From: Candidatus Woesearchaeota archaeon
Lineage (GTDB): Archaea > Nanobdellota > Nanobdellia > Pacearchaeales > GW2011-AR1
Assembly (NCBI GenBank): GCA_964383885.1
Contig: CAYLHY010000002.1
Span: 1 to 38,242, forward strand
DNA: 38,242 nt
Direction of reading: 5' to 3'
Shown: one piece after another, positions 15,975-22,763 of the stretch
How positions within the stretch are numbered: position 1 is the first letter of the stretch
Layout: every line of letters begins with the position of its first letter
Notes under the pieces: generated by a model
Told to the model about the DNA's origin: nothing
Seen by the model: only the letters and a program-made list of their open reading frames with translations
The model's database searches: none
Program-made: the position numbers and the translations under genes

Positions 15975-16715
15975 TTACCTTGCTAAAGCTTTTCTTTGCA
16001 CAACAGGAGATTTCTCAGCTTTTTTAGAAGTGTGTTTTGCTTGCTTATGTTCTGCTTTTTCAAGTTCTTTTCCTGCTTCTACAACTGATGCTTTTTTCTC
16101 TTCAAATTCTTTTTTCTCTTCTTTTTCTTTTTCAGGTTCTTTTTTCTCTTTTGAAAGCTTTACTTTTCCAGTTTCTGCAATTTTTTCTCTTTTTTCCTCT
16201 CTTAATTTCTTGGCTTGCAGTTTTTTTGGCATTTCTGCAAGTTCAACTCTTGCAAATTCTCCTTCCATATAAGCCTTGACTTTAATTTTATGGAGAGGAT
16301 TTCTTATTCCTCTGCTCCATAAAAATTCATTTAAATAACTATCAATCTTGACTTTTCTTAAATCTCTGTCTCTGATTTTCATATGTCTGACAATAAATTC
16401 TTTAATTGTTTTAACAGCTTTGTTTGTTTTTTTGTATCTAGGAACAACCTTGCATTTTTTTCTTAAAGGAATAGTAAATTCTTTAAACTCTTTAACTTCC
16501 TTAGTTTCAGTCTTTTTAGATTCAGGTTTTGGTTTTTTTATTTCTTCTTCAATGGATTTTTCAATAGCCTTTTCTATTTCTTTTTCTTTGGATTTTTCTG
16601 CTTCTTTTTTTTCTGATTCATTAATCTTAGTTTCAGATTCAGATTTATTTTTAGTTTCCTTTACTTCTTCTTTATTGTTTTTTTCAGCAGGTTTTTTTTC
16701 AGTTTTTTCAGTCAT
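15975..16715 (-). CDS. rpl31e: Ribosomal protein eL31 with long Lys/Glu-rich N- and C-terminal extensions
   Basis: The core (aa ~80-161) is FTIPLRKKCKVVPRYKKTNKAVKTIKEFIVRHMKIRDRDLRKVKIDSYLNEFLWSRGIRNPLHKIKVKAYMEGEFARVELAE. About 79 aa and about 85 aa of K/E low-complexity sequence flank it. The ATG lies 7 nt after the eL39 stop. Confidence 0.85.
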   Translation of the reverse strand: MTEKTEKKPAEKNNKEEVKETKNKSESETKINESEKKEAEKSKEKEIEKAIEKSIEEEIKKPKPESKKTETKEVKEFKEFTIPLRKKCKVVPRYKKTNKAVKTIKEFIVRHMKIRDRDLRKVKIDSYLNEFLWSRGIRNPLHKIKVKAYMEGEFARVELAEMPKKLQAKKLREEKREKIAETGKVKLSKEKKEPEKEKEEKKEFEEKKASVVEAGKELEKAEHKQAKHTSKKAEKSPVVQRKALAR

Positions 16716-16722
16716 TTTGAGT

Positions 16723-16926
16723 TTATGCTAAATGTGGTTTTTTAATTTTTCTTGGTTTAATATGAAGTTTAGTTCTTCTCCAGCTTCTTCTATGCCTTGT
16801 CATAGCAGGAGAACCAATTCTTTTTCCAATTCCAAATTTCTTTAATACTGCCCATACTGGAGCCCATTTTGTTCTTCTTCCTTGCTTTGCAAGCCTTGCT
16901 TTTTTTTGCGGATTTTTAATTCCCAT
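16723..16926 (-). CDS. rpl39e: Ribosomal protein eL39
   Basis: KKARLAKQGRRTKWAPVWAVLK...HRRSWRRTKLHI matches the eL39 signature. Confidence 0.85.
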   Translation of the reverse strand: MGIKNPQKKARLAKQGRRTKWAPVWAVLKKFGIGKRIGSPAMTRHRRSWRRTKLHIKPRKIKKPHLA

Positions 16927-16930
16927 TGTA

Positions 16931-17356
16931 TTATTTTATCTCCTCCATTAATTTTTTGCCTTTAGCAGTTAATTGTCTTCCTGGTTTTCTGCTTCTAACT
17001 CCTTTAATTTCTTTAGCAATTTCAGTTAAACCTGCAGAATCTGTTTGCTGAAGAATTGTCCTAATAATTTTTCCAGAAGCTTTTCTGAATTCTTCTGGTT
17101 TAAATCCTCTATTTTTCTTGCTTCCGTATTTTGTTCTTAATCTATTAACCCCAACAATTCCTTTTTTGTAGATCTGTCTTAGTATGCTTGCAGTTCTTTT
17201 ATACCAGAAATCTTTATCTTCTATTGGCCTTTCTTTACTAGGAGAGGATTTTACGTATTGAGCCCATTCAGGTTCTTTAATTTCAGGAATTTTTTTTAAA
17301 GCTTCAGCTAATTTTTTATTATATTCTTGAGCATCCATTTCAAAAACCGGATTCAT
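16931..17356 (-). CDS. rps19e: Ribosomal protein eS19
   Basis: EWAQYVKSSPSKERPIEDKDFWYKRTASILRQIYKKGIVGVNRLRTKYGSKKNRGFKPEEFRKASGKIIRTILQQ matches the eS19 signature. Confidence 0.88.
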   Translation of the reverse strand: MNPVFEMDAQEYNKKLAEALKKIPEIKEPEWAQYVKSSPSKERPIEDKDFWYKRTASILRQIYKKGIVGVNRLRTKYGSKKNRGFKPEEFRKASGKIIRTILQQTDSAGLTEIAKEIKGVRSRKPGRQLTAKGKKLMEEIK

Positions 17357-17557
17357 TTTGTTGTATTCGTTTATTGTTAATTTTAAGTAGGCATTCCTTT
17401 CGGAATTAGAACCTGTGAAAACAGGTTTAACCTTAATTAACTTGAGATTATTAGTTTATAAATGTTTTTGATTTTTAATTGCTTTATAGCGTAAAAATTA
17501 CTTTGAATACAAAACTTCAATTTCTCTAATTTGATTAGAACCGAAAACTTTAAATAG

Positions 17558-17581
17558 AATTGTTATAATATTATAACAATT
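17558..17581. promoter_or_regulatory. 24-bp perfect palindrome overlapping the promoter of the wHTH-MNT/HEPN pair (candidate operator)
   Basis: AATTGTTATAAT|ATTATAACAATT is a perfect inverted repeat ending 19 nt before the ATG at 17600. Its TATA-like centre lies 24-35 nt upstream of that ATG. TTTAAATA sits at 17549-17556 just upstream. Confidence 0.6.
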
Positions 17582-17599
17582 GTAAAATAAATATAACAA

Positions 17600-18124
17600 A
17601 TGTTAAAAAAATATAATAGATATATGATATTGAAAATTTTTCTTGATTCTCCTACTGAAAGTTTTCGTCTGAGAGAATTAAGCAGACTTAGCAAATTAGC
17701 TCCTCTCTCAGTTTCCAATTATCTTAAAGAATTTGAAAAAGAAGGGTTAATTAGAAGATATGAAAAAAGAGGAATACCTTTTTATAAAGCAGAAAGAGAC
17801 AATCCTGATTTTATATTTTATAAAAAATTAAGCATATTATATGAATTACATGATTCAGGAGTTATTGATTATATATGGGAAAAGCTTTCTCCAGAAGCAA
17901 TAATCCTTTATGGAAGCTATGCAAAAGGTGAATCAATAGAAAATTCTGATATTGATATCTTTATAATTGGAAAAGAGAAAAAAATTGATTTAGAAAAATA
18001 TGAAAAAAAACTTAACAAAAAAATCCATTTAATGTTTGAATCAATCCCTGAAAAAATTCCAAATGAACTTAAAAATAATCTTGTAAATGGCATTGTTTTA
18101 AAAGGCTATTTTAAGGCAATATGA
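17600..18124 (+). CDS. Winged-HTH plus minimal nucleotidyltransferase (MNT) protein, antitoxin-like partner of a HEPN protein
   Basis: The N-terminal wHTH is FRLRELSRLSKLAPLSVSNYLKEFEKEGLIRR. The NTase motif is ILYGSYAKGESIENSDIDIFIIG (GS...G....SD.D). The stop overlaps the next start (ATGA at 18121-18124). Confidence 0.8.
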   Translation: MLKKYNRYMILKIFLDSPTESFRLRELSRLSKLAPLSVSNYLKEFEKEGLIRRYEKRGIPFYKAERDNPDFIFYKKLSILYELHDSGVIDYIWEKLSPEAIILYGSYAKGESIENSDIDIFIIGKEKKIDLEKYEKKLNKKIHLMFESIPEKIPNELKNNLVNGIVLKGYFKAI

Positions 18125-18522
18125 TAATTAAAATTACTCCAGATAGAGAAAAAGCAAAATCACTTTTACAAATTGCTCAGGATAGAGAATCTTTTATTAA
18201 TTCTGTTAATTTTGATAAATTTCCAACTGGAAAAATCGAATCGTATTATGAAGTTATAAAAGAACTTGCCACAGCTTTAGCATTAACCCAAGGCATTAAA
18301 GCTACTGGAGAAGGCGCCCATAAAGAGTTAATTGATTTTTTATTTGAAAATAAATTCATTACAGAATATGAATTAAATCTTATTCAAGACTTAAGAATTA
18401 AGAGAAACAAAAGTTTTTATGAAGGCAAACAAATAAACCCATTTTATTTAGAAAATAGAGAAACTACTATTTTGCAAATTATTTCTAAATTAAAAAGCAT
18501 TCTTGAAGAAAGATTAAAATGA
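18121..18522 (+). CDS. HEPN domain protein (partner of the MNT protein)
   Basis: 133-aa all-helical protein that is translationally coupled to the MNT gene. The motif region is DLRIKRNKSFYEG, with Tyr where the R-x(4-6)-H motif has His. Confidence 0.7.
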   Translation: MIIKITPDREKAKSLLQIAQDRESFINSVNFDKFPTGKIESYYEVIKELATALALTQGIKATGEGAHKELIDFLFENKFITEYELNLIQDLRIKRNKSFYEGKQINPFYLENRETTILQIISKLKSILEERLK

Positions 18523-18585
18523 TAGCTTATTTAAAAGATAGAATTTAAAACTGAAACATATAAATTAGATTTCTGTCCTTTTTAA

Positions 18586-18849
18586 TCACCTCTTAGCCTT
18601 TCTCCACTTTTTTATATTAATTGTGAAGCCGATTATTTTAGCTGTGAAATTTTTTTCAAGTTTTTCCAGTATTTTATTTTTGATTTTTTCAACATCGTGT
18701 TTTCCTTGTTTTCCTTCTCCACGAGCAGATTTTAAAACAGAAATCTTTACATTTTTGTGGGTTTTAAACATGTTTTTAATAGCAAGAATAAAATTTTCTG
18801 TTACTCCTTGTTTTCCTATCTGAAGCTTGCCTATTGATTTTTTCTCCAT
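18586..18849 (-). CDS. YhbY/CRS1 (CRM) RNA-binding domain protein
   Basis: LQIGKQGVTENFILAIKNMFKTHKNVKISVL matches the iGK.G.t......i...l..he.vK! pattern. The protein is 87 aa. Its start overlaps the upstream gene by 19 nt. Confidence 0.75.
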   Translation of the reverse strand: MEKKSIGKLQIGKQGVTENFILAIKNMFKTHKNVKISVLKSARGEGKQGKHDVEKIKNKILEKLEKNFTAKIIGFTINIKKWRKAKR

Positions 18850-19640
18850 TTTTCAATATCCTGTTTTTTAGCTGTTATAATTTTAAAGTTTTTAACTCCA
18901 AAGGTTCCTGTTTTCATGCTTTTTCTTTTATAAACATCTTTCCCTGTAAAAACATGCACTTCAACATCCTGTTTGTTGTTTCTCCAATCCTGGCTGTAAG
19001 CAGCACATAGAACCGCCATTTGTTTTTTGTCTTTTAAAGAAGGTTTTTTCAAAGCCACGCAAAAAGGACTTCCTTTAGCAGCAGTATGCATTATTAGATT
19101 ATCTTTTCCTAAAAACTCCTTAACTAGTATTTCATTTTCTTTTTCATTTCTTCCCATAAGAATTACATTATCTTTCAAGATAATTTCTCTAAATTTCATT
19201 TTATCAAGCCATTTTTTTACAATTTTCAATGATTCTTTTTGATTTTTCCAAGTTAACATGTTTAAAGCTGTCTTGTAATCAACCCATTGGTAAGAAGAAT
19301 GTTCTTTTTTATCTATTTTTATTCTCATTTTTTCAGGGCTTACTCTCACAGCATAAAGAGCTTCAAATGTCTGCCCGATTATTCCTTCTCTGTCTGAGAG
19401 TTCTTTTTCATATTTGTATTTTCCAGAAAAATTAAATTTCTTAATCCATAAAAAATCACTGATTCCTGTTTCTTCTTTTAATTCCCTCTTCACTGTTTTT
19501 AAGATAGGTTCTTTATTTTCTATTCCTCCTTTTGAAAACTCCCATCCCTTCCAGTGAAGTTTTCTCTTTAAAATAAGATATTTAATTCCTTTGTTGGTTT
19601 TTGTGTACATAAGAATAAAAACACCTTTTCTGTATTTCAT
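18831..19640 (-). CDS. Fusion protein: N-terminal Nudix hydrolase plus C-terminal NFACT-R (DUF814) RNA-binding domain
   Basis: The Nudix box GGIENKEPILKTVKRELKEETGI (G-x5-E-x7-REUxEExGU) lies at nt 19461-19529. The C-terminal half ILMGRNEKENEILVKEFLGKDNLIMHTAAKGSPFCVAL...VEVHVFTGKDV...TGTFGV (about nt 18855-19199) matches the DUF814/NFACT-R pattern (vGrn..eNd.L......d.w.Ha....gs.vv). The ATG overlaps the ABC gene stop (19637-19640). Confidence 0.75.
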   Translation of the reverse strand: MKYRKGVFILMYTKTNKGIKYLILKRKLHWKGWEFSKGGIENKEPILKTVKRELKEETGISDFLWIKKFNFSGKYKYEKELSDREGIIGQTFEALYAVRVSPEKMRIKIDKKEHSSYQWVDYKTALNMLTWKNQKESLKIVKKWLDKMKFREIILKDNVILMGRNEKENEILVKEFLGKDNLIMHTAAKGSPFCVALKKPSLKDKKQMAVLCAAYSQDWRNNKQDVEVHVFTGKDVYKRKSMKTGTFGVKNFKIITAKKQDIEKWRKNQ

Positions 19641-21364
19641 TCTAACCCCCTTTGTAAGCTATAAAGATTATAATAAACTCCTTTTTTTGCCATAAGCTCT
19701 CTATGATTTCCTATTTCAGAGATTCTGCCATTTTTTAAAACAACAATCTTATCTACGTTTCTCACTGTTGAAAATCTATGAGCAATAATAATGGTTGTTC
19801 TTTTCTTAATTAATCTTTCGATACTCTCTTTAACTTTTTTTTCTGATTCAGCATCTAAAGCAGATGTTGGTTCATCGAGAATTAAAATTTTTGGGTTTTT
19901 TAAAAATGCCATTGCTATTGCAACTCTTTGCCTTTGCCCCATGGAGAGTTTTACTCCTTCTTCTCCAACAATAGTATTGTATTTCTTAGGTAATCTCATA
20001 ATAAAATCATGTATGTCAGCTTCTTTTGTCGCTTTTATGACTTCTTTTATTGTAGCTTTTGGGTTAGAATATTTTAAATTATTTAGAATTGTATCATTAA
20101 ATAATGTAATGTCTTGAGGAACAATTGCAATTTGCTTTCTCAACCATTTTAAATCCAGTTTCGAGATTTCTATTCCATCAAGATAAATTTTTCCTTTTTT
20201 TGGTTTATAATACCCAAGAATCAATTCTGACAAAGTAGTTTTTCCAACACCGCTTTTACCTACAAGCGCAATACTTTCTCCAGGATTTATTTTAAGATTT
20301 ATATTCTTTAAAACTTCTTTATTTTTTCCATAAGCAAAATCAACATCATCAAAAATTATTTCCCCTTTCACATTTTCTATTTTTTTATTTCCATGTTTCA
20401 TTGCCTCTGGCACTAAATTTTTTAGATTAATAACCCTTTTTATTCCAACATATGCACGTTTATATCTTCTATAAACAGATGAAAGTCTCCTGAAAGGAGA
20501 AAAAGCTAATTGAATATACCCAAAAAACATGATAAACTCTCCTGGACTTATTAGGGATTTTTTTAAAAATAAAATCGCTCCCCCTAACACTGTCACATAA
20601 CTTAAGCTAAATAGTATGTCTTGAGTGATTGAGAGAGAGTTCCATTTTTTTTGATTTTTTGTGAATATAGGAAGTAATTTTTTAATTAATGATTTAAAGA
20701 AGTTTTCTTTTTCTCTTTCTTCCATTGCAAAGTTTTTTACAGCATAGACATTATACAATTTACCATAAACTTCTCCATAGTGTTTTTCAAATGCTTTATT
20801 TTCCTGTTTCTGAAGTTTTAATAATTCCTTTGTTTTTTTAATAGTAATTGTAGAATATATAATAAAAAAAGGAACTAATATTAAGGCTAGACTCCATTTT
20901 ACGATAAACATAGCAATCATTGATAATATAAACATTAAAAACTGAGGAAGAACTTCAGATATTATTTCAACTAATGATTGCAGATTCCAAGTTCCTCTTG
21001 CTATTTTATTTAGAATTTCTCCTCTTTTTTGTTTTTTGTGAAAAGAAATTGGAAGAGTAAGAAAATGCCCGTAAGATTCTACTTCTGCTTCAAATCCCAT
21101 TTTAGAACCAACTAAAAATCCAAGCAATCCTACTTTGTTATTAATGTAATTAGAAATAATACTTAAAATAAACCAAATACCAATTAATCCTAAAAGAATA
21201 TTCACAGGACTGCTGGGGTTTATAGCTAAATCAAATAATCTTCCGTATAAATAAGGAATTATTGCTCCTAAACCTGCTCCTAAAATTCCAAGAAAAATAA
21301 TGAGACTTATCTCTTTTTTATATTTTTTAAAATAATCTAGAATAAAATCTTTTACTGTAATCAT
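19637..21364 (-). CDS. ABC transporter, fused permease/ATPase half-transporter (MsbA/exporter type)
   Basis: The N-terminal half is a multi-helix TMD. The NBD motifs are Walker A GKSGVGKTTL, the signature LSMGQRQRVAIA, Walker B ILILDEPTSALD and the H-loop IIIAHR. Confidence 0.88.
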   Translation of the reverse strand: MITVKDFILDYFKKYKKEISLIIFLGILGAGLGAIIPYLYGRLFDLAINPSSPVNILLGLIGIWFILSIISNYINNKVGLLGFLVGSKMGFEAEVESYGHFLTLPISFHKKQKRGEILNKIARGTWNLQSLVEIISEVLPQFLMFILSMIAMFIVKWSLALILVPFFIIYSTITIKKTKELLKLQKQENKAFEKHYGEVYGKLYNVYAVKNFAMEEREKENFFKSLIKKLLPIFTKNQKKWNSLSITQDILFSLSYVTVLGGAILFLKKSLISPGEFIMFFGYIQLAFSPFRRLSSVYRRYKRAYVGIKRVINLKNLVPEAMKHGNKKIENVKGEIIFDDVDFAYGKNKEVLKNINLKINPGESIALVGKSGVGKTTLSELILGYYKPKKGKIYLDGIEISKLDLKWLRKQIAIVPQDITLFNDTILNNLKYSNPKATIKEVIKATKEADIHDFIMRLPKKYNTIVGEEGVKLSMGQRQRVAIAMAFLKNPKILILDEPTSALDAESEKKVKESIERLIKKRTTIIIAHRFSTVRNVDKIVVLKNGRISEIGNHRELMAKKGVYYNLYSLQRGLE

Positions 21365-21365
21365 T

Positions 21366-22628
21366 TTAGAAGCCCCACTTCTTCAAGGCATCTTTTAATT
21401 CAAAATGGTTTTTTGAATACTCTCTTAAAGAAATGCCTTTCATTACAGCATCAATTGCCTGCCTCATTGCTAAAGCTCCAGACATTGTTCCATTAGGATG
21501 CCCATGAATTCCTCCTCCTGCCTGAATCACAATATCATTATCCATTGCTTTGATTATTTTTGGGACTATTCCTGGATAAACTCCTCCAGATGCAACAGCC
21601 ATAACTGGTTTTATTTTATACCATTTCTGCTGCAAATATTTTTTTGTTTGTTTTGTGGCAGGATGTTCAATTTCTTGTTCAATGTGGAGTATCTCTTTTT
21701 TATCTCCTGTCATTTTTCCGAATATAGCTCCTATATGCAGAGTATCTGCTCCAATCATTCTAGATAATTGAGCTATTACTTCCATTGTCATGCCGTGATT
21801 TTTAATTCTATCAAACATAGCGTGTCCTGCTCTGTGAGCATGAATAGGAAGTTTAGTGAAATCTCTGGCAGTCTGCAATGCCCCCCAGCCGAGAGTTATT
21901 ATATCTAACATAATATAATTTCCTCCGTTTTCTTCTACAAATTTTATTCTTTTCAGCATTTCTTTTGTTTCAGCTGTGCAATTAACAAGATAAGCTTTTC
22001 TCTCTCCTGTTCTTTTTTCAACTTTTTCCTTTATCTTAATGGTTTTTAGAAATCTTTCCTTGAATTTATTGAATTTCTGGCTAGTGAGATTTTCATCATC
22101 TTTGACAAAATCGCATCCCCCTGCCCAGGATTCAAAAGCAACTATTGAATGTTCTCCTGGTTGCAATCCTACTTTTGGTTTTACAATAGTTCCAACAAAA
22201 GGTCTTTTTTTTATTTTAAACATTCTCCTTAAGCCTTTAACTCCAAATCTAGGTCCTTTAAAACTATAAAGAATTTTTTTTGGAAGTGAGACATCTTCTA
22301 ATAACAACTTACTTACAGCTTTCATTCCATAAATATTTCCTCCTATACTAGACATTATTCCAGGAAGATTTCCTAATTCAAAGAGTTCAACAGGATAAGC
22401 AATTTTTATTCTCTTTTCTTTTTTATTCAAGTAAAAAACCTTTGGAGAAAGTTTCTCTCTTATTTCTTTTTTCATTGTTTTAACATCTGTCCATGTTCCA
22501 ATACTGCTTTCTCCTGCAATCATTGAAGCAACTTTTTTAAGAGTATATCCTCTTGATGGAGTTACTTTGTATTGAACAACTAAATCTGTTTTTTCAGGCT
22601 TGTAATATAAATCAATAAAGTCTTTCAT
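21366..22628 (-). CDS. rbcL: Ribulose-1,5-bisphosphate carboxylase large subunit, form III-like (archaeal type)
   Basis: The motifs are GESSIGTWTDV, GTIVKPKVGL, GGCDFVKDDENL (carbamylated Lys motif), IHAHRAGHA and QAGGGIHGHPNG, in a 420-aa protein. No small subunit or phosphoribulokinase gene is present in the window. Confidence 0.88.
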   Translation of the reverse strand: MKDFIDLYYKPEKTDLVVQYKVTPSRGYTLKKVASMIAGESSIGTWTDVKTMKKEIREKLSPKVFYLNKKEKRIKIAYPVELFELGNLPGIMSSIGGNIYGMKAVSKLLLEDVSLPKKILYSFKGPRFGVKGLRRMFKIKKRPFVGTIVKPKVGLQPGEHSIVAFESWAGGCDFVKDDENLTSQKFNKFKERFLKTIKIKEKVEKRTGERKAYLVNCTAETKEMLKRIKFVEENGGNYIMLDIITLGWGALQTARDFTKLPIHAHRAGHAMFDRIKNHGMTMEVIAQLSRMIGADTLHIGAIFGKMTGDKKEILHIEQEIEHPATKQTKKYLQQKWYKIKPVMAVASGGVYPGIVPKIIKAMDNDIVIQAGGGIHGHPNGTMSGALAMRQAIDAVMKGISLREYSKNHFELKDALKKWGF

Positions 22629-22763
22629 TTTACCTATTTTACCTCTTTTTACAATGTTATTTTAATTGTTGTCTTTAAATTATTTTCCTATTTTTATTCT
22701 CTTCACTTTCTGCAGAAAGTTTTTTCATTTCTTTTATGTAATATTCTTGACACTCTTTTCTTA

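Noticed and set aside
15482-16731. Plus-strand ORFs 15482-15682, 15937-16272, 16037-16279 and 16348-16731 around the AlkD-like and eL31 genes.
   Set aside because: The reverse complement of the Lys/Glu-rich (AAR/GAR) coding sequence gives long Phe/Leu/Ser open frames by default. The eL31 core motif fixes the true strand and frame. The ORF at 15482-15682 mostly overlaps the AlkD-like gene and the spacer.
21366-22628. RuBisCO as evidence for Calvin-cycle autotrophy.
   Set aside because: The sequence is the single-subunit archaeal form III type, and no phosphoribulokinase or small subunit gene is nearby. Established knowledge links this form to nucleotide (AMP) salvage rather than to CO2-fixing autotrophy.
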